The notes under the pieces: model-generated
What the model saw: only the letters and a program-made list of their open reading frames with translations
Told to the model about the DNA's origin: nothing
Databases searched by the model: none
In this document: piece by piece, positions 38,049 through 53,090 of the stretch
Layout of the letters: the number at the start of each line of letters is the position of its first letter
Position numbering within the stretch: position 1 is the stretch's first letter
Origin: Octopus vulgaris
Lineage: Eukaryota
Assembly (NCBI GenBank): GCA_951406725.2
Contig: OX597817.1
Location: forward strand, 171,802,001 to 171,866,000
Direction of reading: 5' to 3'
Length of the DNA stretch: 64,000 bases
Position numbers and translations under genes: made by a program

Positions 38049-38539
38049 TTGAACAGCCTAAGTTACTCTAGTGCTTGAGAATAAAACTGAAAGCATATCG
38101 TATATGATGTGGGTGTGTATGGCTTAGTGATTAACGTATCGGACTCAGGATTGTAAGATAGTGGTTTCAATTCCTGGGCAGTGATTTCTGTTTTGAACAA
38201 AACGCTTCATTTCATGTTGCTCCAGTCCACTCAGCTGGCAAAAATGAGTAATCCTATGACAGACTGGCATTCGGTCCAGGGAAGAATATAGACACCAGAC
38301 AAACTGGGAAACTAGTTCTATGCTCCTTATGGAGTGATGTGGACTAATCATGAACAACAAGGAAATATGTCTTGTGTACCACGCGTGATATACAGGACAA
38401 ACAAAGGCTCAAGAGGATTGTAACAATGTACACCAACATCATCAACTTTGCCATTTTTATAGCTTTCTGATAATTGTCGTTAAAATTCTCAGCTTTGTTT
38501 TATTCCTTCTGGGTCATGGCAGATTTGGTTGTGTACCTT

Positions 38540-38885
38540 TTCGCTGAGGTCAACTTTGCTTTTCATCCTTTTAGGGTCAATAAATTAAGCTCCAGTCAAA
38601 CACTGGGGTTGATGCTATTGACTATCTCTCCCCCAAAATTTCAGGTCATGTGCCAATTAGAAGAAAAGATTATCATTACAATTATTATTAAGGTGACGAT
38701 CTGACAGAATCGATTGCATGCTTGGTGAAATGCTGACTAGTATTTCATCCATCTTTACATTCTAAATGACTTTGCCTTTCAACCTTTTGAGGCAGATAAA
38801 TTAAATACCAGCCAAGTACTGGGGTTGATGTAATCGACTATAAACCTCAACAAAAAAATTTCAGGCCTTGTGCCTATAGCAGAAA
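38540..38885 (+). mobile_element. Tandem SINE B variants
   Basis: GAGGTCAACTTTGCTTTTCATCC...ACTGGGGTTGATG module repeated. Confidence 0.65.
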
Positions 38886-39924
38886 GGGTTATTATTATTC
38901 TTATTAGAAAAACAAGTCAGCAAAAACACTGAAGTCAATAAAATAAGTACCAGTTGTACACTGGGGTCCATGTGATCAACAAACCCTCTTCTCCAAAATT
39001 TCAGGCCTTATGTTTGGAGTGGAAAAGACCATCATCATCATCACCACCATCACCACCACCACCACCACCATCAACATCACCACTACCACCATCAACATCA
39101 TCACCACCATCATCGACATCACCACCATCATCATCATCATTATTAAAAAGCCTTCTTTTCTTGCTAACACCTTGAGCAGTTCACATGCCTTTATGATTCT
39201 GTGAGATACTTTGGTGGGCGTTCAAACTTCTGACATGTCTAACGAATGTAGATAGGTCTTGGGCAACGATCCAAAATGGTCAGGCTAAGTACAAGAAATC
39301 AGACCTCCAAGTTAAAAGATTAGACATGGAGCTAGCTTACCCCATTTCTGTAAATACTAAATATAGTTATGGATAACTGCAAAAGAGAACATAAAAAGTG
39401 CAGCAGACACAGGAAACTGGCTTTATGATCAAATTTGATAAACGGGCAAATGTTTGAAAGTTATGTCTGCTTATGCCAAAAATGAAATCTAAAATATATG
39501 CCAATATTTAGTTATGAGTACAAAGTAATATATCAGTTTTGCTTTAAAAAGAAAAGAGGACACTCTGCAAAGAGGGAGAGAGAGAGAGAGAGGTGGGGTG
39601 AGAGAGATAGTGAGAAATGAATAATTAATTGTACATGAGATGCTGAGACGTTTGATTGGTTAAAGTATTTGATTCTCAACTTTCTTTGAATAAATTGGCG
39701 CAGGTTCTGGATGTGTGGCAAGAGAAATTTGTCGTTTCTTGACTCCAACTACAGGGTGATTCAAAAGTCTCCCTTTGTGGGCAGTAAAGAAATAAGAAGC
39801 TAAATTCTCAGATATGAGATAAAACCCATGATTTGATACAATTTTACTAAATTCTTCATTATTTCTAAGATTAATTGAAATGAAGATCACTGCCTCCAAT
39901 GCCCCCTCCCCTCTCAAATATTCC

Positions 39925-40259
39925 TTGTCTTGCAAGTTACTTGGTGACCTTGCTGGTACTGGTGCTGGTGCCATGTAAAAAGCATCCAATCCACACTGTT
40001 GACATTTGGAAAGGAATCCAGGTGTAAAAACTATGCCAAAACTGACTTTGCCTGTGCTGATGCCATGTGAAAAGCACTCAGTCCATTCTGTGGGGTGGTC
40101 TGTGTTAGGAAGGGTATCCAGTCATAAAAAACCACGCCAAAACCGACACAGAAGCCCGTAGTAGTTCTTCTGCTTGGCCAGCTCCAGTCAAACTGTCCAA
40201 CCCATGCCAGCATGGAAGGAGGATGTTAAATGATGATGATGATGATAATGATGATGATG
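39925..40259 (+). mobile_element. Family D copy with internal duplication
   Basis: CTTGCAAGTTACTTGGTGACC...GTCAAACTGTCCAACCCATGCCAGCATGG-(GAT)n. Confidence 0.75.
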
Positions 40260-41301
40260 AAATCAGTGTATTTCAACAGAGATATGGTGACAAAAGGGTT
40301 AGAAGAATAGCGAGTGTACTTGACCAAATCTTTAGATTTTTTCTCTGTATGAAAGTGGCTTTGCTTTTAATGAATAACTACGTTTTGTAGTTCATCACTT
40401 CATATAAAGTGCAGACTATATGACGTATGTATAAGACAATGATGTTTTAAGAATCACTGATTTAAGGTAATCCTCAGGCAGAAACAGTGCAACACAGCAT
40501 ATATAATAAAGTAAGGTTCTTCATATTATGGGCCCAGTTTATGCCATGAGATTCTAATCCATGTATTTCTTTTACAGGGCTTCAGTCAACCTGAGGCTAT
40601 AGAGAAAGACATTAGACATTGGCTCAAGAAGCAGAGCCTGATAAAACAACAACAAACCAACATTGGTAGTTTCACTGTTTATTTTATCAGCTTACTTTTT
40701 GCTTTAAAGACTAGGTTTATTACAGCTTTCTTTTAGTTCGTTATTTTCAGGCAATCACCATCAATGTTTCTTGTTACAGACTAAATTTGATTAGAATCCT
40801 TCACTCTTTACTGATTACAGCTGAGAGCCATTTTGATAGTGGCATTGTAGCAAAATGAGAAATTGTATACAATACCAAATTCTACAAATTGTCTGAAGAT
40901 CTCGTGTAACCATGGCAACAGAGAATGTATATATATATATATATATTTTTTTTTTTTTATTAATGTATCAAAGCAAAGTAGCTATGGTAACAAAAATAAT
41001 GTTGCTTCCAACACCAGCAATCCTTATTTATATATGTATATGCACATGCACAAACATCCTATACATGTGTGTGTGTGTGTGTGTGGAGGGGATGCACTTG
41101 TGAACATGTGAGATTTGCAGTCACCAGGGTAACGAGCTGTTTGCTTGTTCAGCTTTTTACATCATTTCAGAGAAAAATACTGCAGCCATAGTGACAAAAT
41201 TTTTCCCTCATTATTTCAGTTAGCAGGTATAAAACAACTGAAGTCTACTCAATGCTCGGTATTACATACACACATAAATACATATATACATATATATATA
41301 T

Positions 41302-41379
<78 letters not shown>

Positions 41380-41405
41380 GTATCCATATCCATATTCATA
41401 TATGT

Positions 41406-41471
<66 letters not shown>

Positions 41472-41759
41472 ATATCCATATTCATATATGTACACACACA
41501 TATATATGTGTGTGTGTGTGTGTGTGTGCATGTGTGTAAATGTTCTTTTCCATTCACTTTGATATCCATTTCCTATTTCATGCTAGCATGGTCGGGATAT
41601 GTGTACAGTGTGAGAGCAATTCTTTTGTTTTCCTTTTTATTTTGTAAATTTGGATGTTTTTATTTTTTATTTCTGACAATCACAACTGAACTGTGAAGTA
41701 AGAAAGGAATCTATTTGTCAGCCAGAAAAATGAGGCAAATGGTGTTTTATTTTTTATCG

Positions 41760-42583
41760 TTTTATCTTTTGCCTGTTTCAGCCATTAGACTGTGGCCATG
41801 CTGGGGCACCACCTTGAAAGGTTTAGCTGAACAAATCAACCCCAGTACTTATTTTTTGAGCCTGTCTTTTTTTTCTTTTTTACCAAACTTCTGCTTTAGG
41901 GGGATGTAAATGCACCAACACCAGTTGTCAAGTTGCAGTGGGGGACAAACACACACACACACACACACACACACGCGTGCGCGTGCACACACACATGTAC
42001 AACAGGTTTCTTTCAGTTTCTGTCTGCCAAATCCACTCACATGGCTTTGGTCGACCCAAGGCTATAGTAAAAAGCACTTACCCAAGGTGCTACACAGTTG
42101 GACTGACACCAGAACCTGGCGGTCTTCTTACCACACAACCACACACTATGCATTTCTCCCATGGGGACAAGACAACGGTGCACAGTAAAATTTGTTTTTC
42201 ACAACCTGCATCACTACTTGGTCTGCCAACTTCAGATGAAAGATACTCTTTTACTTGTTTCAGTCATGTGACTGTGGCCATGCTGGAGCACCTAGTACAT
42301 ATTCTATCAGTCTCTTTTGCCGAACTGCTAAGTTACGGTGACATAAACACACCAGCATTGGTTGTCAAGTGATGTTGGGGGGACAAACACAGATATACAT
42401 ATATATATATACATATATACGAGAGGCTTCTTTCAGTTTCCTTCTACCATATCCACTCACAAGGCTTTGGTCGGCCTGAGGCTATAATAGAAGACACTTG
42501 CCCAAGGTTCCACACTGTGGGACGGAACCTGGAACCATGTGGTTCGTAAGCAAGCTACTTACCACACAGCCACTCCTACGCCT
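41760..42583 (-). mobile_element. Two SINE A copies (41760-42145, 42245-42583)
   Basis: Reverse-complement matches to the A head and tail; the second has an internal deletion. Confidence 0.85.
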
Positions 42584-43877
42584 AGTATAGATGTAACAAT
42601 TAAATGTTTTCTAAGTTGTCTCTGTTAACTCATTACTATCACCACCACCACCACCACCACCACCACCACCACCACCACCACCACCACCACCACCACCATC
42701 GCCATCATTATCATCACTGCCATTGTTTAATATCCATTTTTTCCCATGGGTTGGACAGAATCTGTAGCAGCAGATTTTCTATGATCAGAAACCTTTCCCA
42801 TTGCCAACCCTCACCTGTTTCCAAGCAAGTTCTGAGTTCAAATTCTGCCATGGTCGATTTTGCCTTTCATCCTTTTGGGGATGATAAAATTAGTACCAGT
42901 TAAACACCAGGGATCATTGTAATCAAGTTATCCCCTTCTCTGAAATTGCTGGCCTTGTGCCAAAATTTGAAACCAACATTTCCTCATAACCAGCCAACTT
43001 TACATAAAAGACTGGAAACCCATTACATGATGGTGCAACTCATTTACAACTATCATACCATGTCAATGCCAGAAGACAGTAACTCTCACACATACACACA
43101 TTACAACAGGTTTCTTTCAGTCTCCATCCTCCAAATCCATCCACAACGCTTTGGTCACTTGAAGACATTTGCCCAAGGTGCCTGCTACACACTGGGACTG
43201 AACACAGAACCATGGGATTAGAAAGCAAACTTCTTACCACGCAGCCAAACCTGTGCCTGTTAATTATGTATAATGAAATTATTAAAAAACATTTCCATCA
43301 TAGAAATATTTTCCATGCATCTGTGCCATACTTCATTTACACACAACTGCAATAAATAAATTCTACTGAAATAAAGAATTACTCTGCCGATGACTTAAAG
43401 ATGGAAACTTTGTAAAAGAAAGACAAAAAATAACAGAAATGTGAATTGCTTTGCAACTAATATGATAGCATGAAAAAAACATGTGGTTACATTATTTTGT
43501 GAATAATTAAAGAATTTACCATTCAATCTAGCCAAATCCTAAAACCTCTAACGACAGAACTGTTTGCTCAAACCAGCTGTACTTAACCAAAAACAAGAAC
43601 AAAATCTCATAAGAAATCAATGTTTTGTTGTTGATTTTTTTTTTGAGTGGATGTTGTTTTTTTATAGTTTGATTATTTTCATCAATTTTTTAACGAATAC
43701 ATCTCATGTAGTATTTTGTGTATTGAAGGGTTAAAGAACAATCCTGAATTCCTGAACTGAAGTGATATTATATCATGTTATGTTGCCAGCCTTCAACATA
43801 AATATCTTAGCATGTACATTGTGCTAGGACTAATGATGAAGAATTCCTTTTATTTTTTATAATTTATTTATAGCTTG

Positions 43878-44293
43878 TCTTTTACTTGTTTCTGTTATTA
43901 GACTGTGGCCATGCTAGAGCACCGCCTTTAGTCAAACAAATCAACTCCAGGACTTATTCTTTGTAAGCTTAGTACTTATTCTATTGGTCCCTTTTGCCAA
44001 ACTGCAAAATAACAAGGACATAAACATACCAGCATCCGTTGTCAAGCGATGGTAGGGGGACAAACACAGGCACACAAACATATACATACATACATATATG
44101 TATATACACACACACACACACACACACACGTGATGGGCTTCTTTCAGTTTCCGTCTACCAAATCCACTCACAAGGCTTTGGTCGGCCTGAAGCTATAGTA
44201 GAAGACACTTGCCCAAGGTGCCACGCAGTGGGACTGAACCTGGAACCATGTGGTTGGTAAGCAAGCTACTCACCACACACCCACTCTTGGGCC

Positions 44294-44324
<31 letters not shown>

Positions 44325-44468
44325 GTATACGATGGGCTTCTTTCAGTTTCTGTCTACCAAATCCACTCACAAGGCTTTGCTCAGCCCAAGGCTAAAGTAG
44401 AAGACACTCACCCAAGGCACCATGCAGTGGGACTGAACCTAGGGGAAAGCACACAGCCATGTCTGCAT
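43878..44468 (-). mobile_element. SINE A full copy plus an extra head
   Basis: 43878-44294 full; 44328-44468 head only. Confidence 0.85.
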
Positions 44469-44900
44469 ATACACACACGCACACATATATACCCTTATCA
44501 TCATTAACATCATTGTTTTAACATGCATACATATGTGCAGACGAATGGTCAGCCTTGACCGGCAGAGGCCGTAGATATGGCATTGAAAATTATAAATAAA
44601 TCAATTTCTTAAAAACAAATGTCTTTGTTTAGCCTCAGGTCAATATTGATTAATCAAACCTATGATCAAAAGTATTTTAGCTGGAATGATTCTATCTATT
44701 TTGGGGACAGTTTATCAAAGACTGCATTATCCAATGTGCCCCTTGTTTTTTTTTTTGTTTTTTTTTACATAATGGTTGAATGTGATTTGCTGGCAGGAGA
44801 TTTGACTGTTATTTCTAGCTTGACCGATTGCCTATGTAAAGGCTCATTTGTTGGCTTTGTCATCAAATACAATGTCACGCTGATCTTACTTTCAGATTAC

Positions 44901-44953
<53 letters not shown>

Positions 44954-45154
44954 CGAGAGAGTAGGTGTGTGGATGTGAGTGTGTGTGCAACAGTCAGCTA
45001 CAAACACCATAATGTGAGAAGGACTGTATCCATAATCCAAAGTAGAGCCCACCCTGGTCACACTTGCATCAAGAGGGATATTTTTTTCTTTTTAAATGTA
45101 CCTAAATCTAACTGTTTTATCAATGCATTATTTAGGACTTTCATAAATTTACTT

Positions 45155-45157
45155 TAT

Positions 45158-45208
<51 letters not shown>

Positions 45209-45241
45209 TATATAAATATATATAAATATATATATATATAC

Positions 45242-45299
<58 letters not shown>

Positions 45300-45360
45300 A
45301 CATATATATATGCATACACATATATATATATATATATCATATTGATATCAAATATATATT

Positions 45361-45391
<31 letters not shown>

Positions 45392-45770
45392 GCATATACA
45401 TGCATACACATACACACACATATATATATACACATGCATATACACACATACACACATGCATATACATACACACACATATATATATGTATGTATATATATA
45501 TATGAATATATGTATATATATATATATACATATATATGTATACGTGCTTGCATATATATATATATATATGCACACACACATGCATATGTATCTATTACAC
45601 ATGTATCTATTATATATGTGTGTGTGTGTAAACACACTTGTACATGCACATGCATGCACACACATGCGCACACAAGCATGCACATACAAACACACACACA
45701 CGCACGCATAGGTGCATATGCACCCGCATGCACACACAGACACAGACACACACACACACACACCCACAAA
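45155..45770. repeat. Compound (TA)n/(CA)n microsatellite field
   Basis: Direct reading; similar fields at 7560-7850, 15930-16240, 21090-21365, 41270-41530 and 46960-47600. Confidence 0.9.
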
Positions 45771-46319
45771 TACATATGCCGACAGAAACTGAATAAAATG
45801 AAATGCAGAAGAGTGAAGATTGGTTTTAAAACATCGTGTATAGTCGATGCGTAATGTTGAGTCGGTTATATAAGCATACCACAACCTTACAAATACAGAC
45901 GGTATATGGCGAAGCCACACAGTGTAGATAGAACAATGAAGGAGAGAGAGAGAGAATGAAGGAGTGAGGGAGGGAGGGAGGGAGATGAAGTGAGACAAAG
46001 AGAGAGAGAGAGAAATTGGGGGGGGGAGGTAAGTCGGGGTGTTTACTGTGGAAAAAAAAAAACAGGAGCAAAAAACAGACAAAATATATATGACAACCAA
46101 TTATTGTGCTGTCTGTCTCTATAGCTATCGATCAGTCAACCTACTTTTTCGATGACCTACACACACCACACTTCTACGAGCAGAAACCTTGCTGTATCAT
46201 ATTGATCTCCTAACACACAAACACACAGAAACACACACATGACAAGCACACATACGTTCACATACACACGTGCATACGTACGTACATACAGGTGTGTGTA
46301 TATATGCAGCAAACTGAAC

Positions 46320-46361
<42 letters not shown>

Positions 46362-46994
46362 ACGAACACACACACACGTTTATGATTATCTAAGTCATCG
46401 TTGAAGACATTACTGAAACCGTGTCAGCATCAACCAAAGTCAAATGAAAGAAGAGAGAGAGAGAAAGAAACCTAAACACTAATGCAATTACCAGAAAGAC
46501 GATGCAGACACATGTACATACAAGTATAGAGGGATATGTTTGTGTATACACATGTGAGTGTATATGTACACATGCATACACACACACACACACCTATATA
46601 TATATACATATATATATATATAGAGAGAGAGAGAAAGATAGATACATAGATAGATAGACATATGTCTGAAAATATATATATATATATTTAAACATGAATA
46701 TATGTATATATGTCTATAAATTTATATATATTTTCAGTATCTGGTGACCATCTCATTGAGACACATTTGTTGTTTACTTCCAGTTTTTTCCCTCCTCATC
46801 TCTCCTTTCTAGATAAGAGCATATGCTTGAAATGTAAATGACTTTTCTTTCTATGGTTCCTGAGTGTAAAACCAATTCATGCTGTTTGTTTGTATTTTAA
46901 CCTCATCTTCATGTTTTTTAATATTTTTGCATAATATATATATATTTACAATTATACATTTATATGTATGTATATGCACACACACACATATGTG

Positions 46995-47090
<96 letters not shown>

Positions 47091-47326
47091 TATGTATATA
47101 TATATATATATATATATACATATACAGTTTATACATACGTACATACAAATATATATGTATATGCCCCGTGCTGGTGGCACGTAAAAAGCAGCCACTGCCT
47201 CTCCAGACCTCAGTCAAACCGTCCAACTCATGCCAGCATGGAAAACTGACGTTAAACGATGATGATGATGGTGTGTGTGTGTGTGTGTATGTGTGCAATG
47301 ATGATGTATATGCATATGTGTATATA

Positions 47327-47451
<125 letters not shown>

Positions 47452-47682
47452 TACATATATACATATACATATATAAATACATACATATATATATACATAT
47501 ATATATATACATGCATATATATACATATATATAGATATAATTATACATACATATATATATACATATATAAACATGCACATATACATACATACAAATAAAT
47601 ATATATATATATATATGAATGTCTACTTATTTATTTGTCATGACTATACTTTAAATAAACAGTATGGTGTAAAAGAACCAAC

Positions 47683-47720
<38 letters not shown>

Positions 47721-48124
47721 GCGTACAATTCCAGTGTGTAAGCACACACAGGCTATTAGTACAGCATCGAAACGCACCTCTCCTGATAATGACCCAGCAA
47801 CATCTTAATTATTTTTCCATATGATTTATTAACTTTATAGGGTGTAGCAGATAAAATCAGTGTAACGTTTTAATTATGACACACCGTAAGGAGCGAAAGA
47901 AATAAAAATAACGAAAAGAAAAAGACAAAATGAGCAGAAACAAAACTGTTAAACATAATAAATACTATAAAAAAAGGAGAAACAGACAACTGAAGTAAAT
48001 AATTAGTTGCTAACTGACTTAACTGGTCCCACCTACTATCTTTCTCATTAGCAGAGTTTTAGCCCTTTCAAACGTACAGACACACAGAGATACACAGATT
48101 TTCTTCCTTTCTTTTTCTCTCGCT

Positions 48125-48171
48125 CTATCTATCTATCTATCAATCTGTATATCTATCTATCTTTCTATCCA

Positions 48172-48202
<31 letters not shown>

Positions 48203-48224
48203 TTATCTGTCTATCTTCTATCTG

Positions 48225-48255
<31 letters not shown>

Positions 48256-48335
48256 CTGTCTGTTTATCTATCTATCTATCTAGCTCTATTTGTCTGTTTA
48301 TCTATCTATCTATCTATCTATCTCTATTTGTCTGT

Positions 48336-48424
<89 letters not shown>

Positions 48425-48537
48425 CATCCATCCATCCATCCATCCATCCATCCATCCATCCATCCATCCATCCATCCATCCATCCATCCATCCATCCATC
48501 TATCTATCTATCTATCTATCTATCTCTATTTGTCTGT

Positions 48538-48611
<74 letters not shown>

Positions 48612-48619
48612 CTGTCTAT

Positions 48620-48716
<97 letters not shown>
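48125..48716. repeat. (ATCT)n/(ATCC)n tetranucleotide array
   Basis: Direct reading. Confidence 0.95.
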
Positions 48717-48717
<1 letters not shown>

Positions 48718-49036
48718 CTTACTGATTCCAACATTTTAATAACATAGTTGCTTCTGTCTTTTCTTTCTTTGTTTCTTTCAATAATTGCATCATTTTCATG
48801 GACACATTTAGACACACACACACACGCACACACAAACACACACACACACACACACACACAGACACACACACACACACATGCATAAATACATACATGCACA
48901 CATACACACACATACATACACACATACACACACACATACAAGCACACAAGCACAATTACATATACTCACATGCAAGCATTTGAAACTGGTATGATATATA
49001 TGCATTTATAGACCAACATATGTATGTATGTGTGTA

Positions 49037-49080
<44 letters not shown>

Positions 49081-49489
49081 CATACATACATACATACTCA
49101 TACGCACATGTACATATGCACAAATGCATTCATACAAGCATATATATTTACACAAAGATGTTTATATAAGAGTATATATATGTATATACACACACATGCA
49201 CAGAAATATATACACTTGCACAGATACACACCATGTATACATACTGATGCATGTACATATACATATTTACATAAATAAATAGACGCATATGTATGCCCAT
49301 ACACATAAACATGTAATACATACAATATTGCATATATGCATGTGTACATAAATGTATGTATTTATGTATGTGAGTGCATGTATGCAAGTATGTATACATA
49401 TACTCACACAACATACAAAAATACATGCATTTATACAGACACACATACAATATACATACGTGCATACATACTTTTATATATTCACATAT

Positions 49490-49539
49490 TCATACATTCA
49501 TACATACATGCATACATACATACATACATACATATATAC

Positions 49540-49570
<31 letters not shown>

Positions 49571-49880
49571 CATACATACATACATACATACATACATACA
49601 TACATACATACATACATACATACACACATACATACATACATACATACATACATACATACATACATACACACATACATACATACACACATACATACATACA
49701 TACACACATACATACATACATACATACATACACACATACATACATACATACATACATACATACATACACACATACATACATACATACACACATACATACA
49801 TACACACATACATACATACACATACATACATACATACATACATACCTACATACATACATACATACATACATACATACACA
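49490..49880. repeat. (CATA)n array
   Basis: Direct reading; a second array lies at 52905-53143. Confidence 0.95.
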
Positions 49881-50472
49881 CATGCTTGTATACATACATT
49901 CATACACTCACACATGCAAACATGCATACATAAATACATGCATGCATACATGCATTTATTAATACATGCAAATATACATACATTCATACATGCAAACATA
50001 CATTCATGCATACAAACATACATACACTCATAAAAACATAAAACATACCTACATAAAACCATACACACACTCACACACACACACACACATACACACTGAT
50101 ACTGATATATAACACTGCGATTCTTCGTTTCGGAATTTGTAATACATAGGGATATTTCCTGTCTCTCTTGATGTGCGTTTCAAATTATGATGGATAAAGT
50201 AGTGTTCCTTTAATTAAAATCTATGAAACATTTGTGTTTTTCTTTCTGGGGAGCCACAAACAACATCTATAAGTACACTAACAGAAGGCAACTGCACTAT
50301 TCCTTCTGTTTATCACCGGTTGCTTTCGTCATTTCATAATGAAATACTCTTGTAGCGTCTCCTCTTACCAATTACTCTCAGAGTATTTTCGAAATAACCA
50401 CATAGATAGATTTGCTGGAAACCTTAATAGGTATTGTATGATCTACCTGCGCTGAACTATGAATGCAAACGC

Positions 50473-50532
<60 letters not shown>

Positions 50533-50810
50533 AATGGTGATGGTGGTGGAGGTGGTGGGGATGATGCTGATGATGATGTTGGTGGTGGTGGTGGTGGGGA
50601 TAATGGTGGCGGTAGTGGTGGTGGTGATGATGATGATGATGATGACGATGATAATCTTGATGGTGATGATGATGATGTTGGTGGTAGTGGTGGCGGTGAT
50701 GGTGGGTATGATGATGAAAGATGATGGTGATGGTGGTAATGATGATAATGATATTGATGGCGGTGGTGGTGGTGGGGGGGTATGGTTATTATGACGATGA
50801 TGATGATGAC
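50473..50810. repeat. (GAT)n/(GGT)n trinucleotide array
   Basis: Direct reading; a similar array lies at 59045-59283. Confidence 0.95.
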
Positions 50811-51284
50811 AATGAAATATATCAGAACAATAAATAAATAAATGAATAAATATATTGTTAGCTGTTTTGTAGTGGATATCAAGTATTCCAGATAATAAGA
50901 GCACTTGTTTGCAATTAATTATGTAAAATTAAAATGACTAAATGACTTTTAAAGTTACCTTAAAGGATGATAGAACAGATGGAAAGACAGAAGGTAGATA
51001 TGATGTAGATGAGTGGATGGATGGATGGATGGATAGGTAAGTAGGTAGGGAATAAGGTTGCTTGGAGGATAAATTTAATGAATTTGGATGGGTTCATAGT
51101 TAGGATGAATGGGATTTGACTGCTGCTTCTAGAAGGTCAAGCTCAAAGCTTCTTGGTATTTAAGCAGCGTATAAATGTATAAAATATTTAAAGTTAAAGT
51201 ATTTAAATAGATCATCATCATCATCATCATCATCATTGTCACCACCACCATCACCATCACCACCACCACCACCATCACAAACCA

Positions 51285-51440
51285 TAAAATCACCCACTAC
51301 ACTCTCGGAGTGGTTGGCGTTAGGAAGGGCATCCAGCTGTAGAAACACTGCCAGATCTAACTGGCCTGGTGCAGCCTTCGGGCTCCCCAGACCCCAGTTG
51401 AACCGTCCAACCCATGCTAGCATGGAAAGCGGACGTTAAA
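51285..51440 (+). mobile_element. Family D copy
   Basis: CACTACACTCTCGGAGTGGTTGGCGTTAGGAAGGG...GAAAGCGGACGTTAAA. Confidence 0.85.
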
Positions 51441-51602
51441 ATAAAAAAAGAAAAAAAAAAGGTAGGCAGAGACAGGTAGGCAGAGACAGAGAGTGGGTAA
51501 GATTAAGCTGTATAATACCTTCATTTAGGGATTATATGATTATATCTATGAAAGTAAATTGGTAGTTAGAGAGAGACTTAGAACAAAGTCGGTGATTTGA
51601 AA

Positions 51603-51848
51603 TATTCATGTTGTCAGTGTGGTTATTCCAATTTGGTTAACCATATGGTTATTCCCATAACTTATTCATGTTGTCAGTGTGGTTATTCCAATTTGGTTAT
51701 TCCAATAACCATATGGTTATTCCCATAACTGTATGGTTATTCCAATAACCGTATGGTTATTCCCATAACCGTATGGTTATTCCCATAACCTTATGGTTAT
51801 TCTCATAACCTTATGGTTATTCCCATAACCGTATGGTTATTCCAATTT
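51603..51848. repeat. About 60-bp duplication followed by about 7 copies of a 20-bp unit
   Basis: Unit TATGGTTATTCCCATAACCG with variants. Confidence 0.9.
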
Positions 51849-52149
51849 CTTCCATTTCCATTTCTGATTTTAAGCCTGATATTCCATGTCAAAATTAAGA
51901 AATTATTGTGAAAGTGTTTTTTTTTTTTTCTGTTTATGATTTTTATAATAATTCTTATAAATGCTGTGAGCTTTTGATTTTAAATATAAGGAATAATATT
52001 ATTGCAAGCATGGTTAATGCAGAGCCAGTCCCATTTTCTCATTTTTCAAGCTTGCACACAATAAGTACCACAGTAATAAGTACCCAGTAATTACCAGAAA
52101 GCAGGTTTTGTATAGAGTTATCTTTTCTTGGATGAGCAGTTAAAGAGTT

Positions 52150-52478
52150 TAGGGACCTCATCTGACGTAAGTCCATTTGAGAGTCTGCGAATGACCTAGG
52201 GACCTCATCTGACGTAAGTCCATTTGAGAGTCTGCGAATGACCTAGGGACCTCATCTGACGTAAGTCCATTTGAGAGTCTGCGAATGACCTAGGGACCTC
52301 ATCTGACGTAAGTCCATTTGAGAGTCTGTGAATGACCTAGGGACCTCATCTGACGTAAGTCCATTTGAGAGTCTGCGAATGACCTAGGGACCTCATCTGA
52401 CGTAAGTCCATTTGAGAGTCTGTGAATGACCTAGGGACCTCATCTGACGTAAGTCCATTTGAGAGTCTGCGAATGACC
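52150..52478. repeat. 47-bp minisatellite, 7 copies
   Basis: TAGGGACCTCATCTGACGTAAGTCCATTTGAGAGTCTGYGAATGACC x7; C>T in units 4 and 6. Confidence 0.97.
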
Positions 52479-53056
52479 TTTTCCTGGAGACAATTCTGTG
52501 ACATGTTAACTCATAGCTATCTAGTCCCATGTCATCTCTGTATAAGAATTGCCAGCTCCCTTGGATCTCCTCCCCTCATCACTCATATTTTGCACACTAA
52601 CCACTTTACCTAGTCTTTTCTTCCCAGAACCTCATCCGTCTGAAATTCCATACTTATCCATGCTTTCCTTGCAGTCATCAACTCATAGTTACTGAAAAGC
52701 ATCAATTCCATTGATTTCAGCAAGCTAAATGACTCATGCAATTATCTGGAGTTTAGGATCACTAACGCTCAACGGCAAGGGAGTCGGACAGTAATGACCT
52801 GTCTAAGCCAAGCTAAGGTGGAAAGTGGACGTAAAATGATGACAATGGGTCCCAGAGGGCCAGTGTGGGCCATAAACACAGCCCTTTCCTACAAACTAAA
52901 CAAATACATACATACATACATACATACATACATACATACATACATACATACATACATACATACATACATACATACATACATACATACATACATACAAACA
53001 TACATACGTACATACATACAAACATACATACATACATACAAACATACATACATACA

Positions 53057-53090
<34 letters not shown>

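Noticed and set aside
52150-52478. 47-bp array as CRISPR or hammerhead satellite (minus CAGAUGAG)
   Set aside because: Units are contiguous with no spacers; U4 is absent and there is no GAAA strand.
52480-52760. Possible decayed RTE 3' end on minus next to the 47-bp array
   Set aside because: Resemblance is too fragmentary to support by eye.
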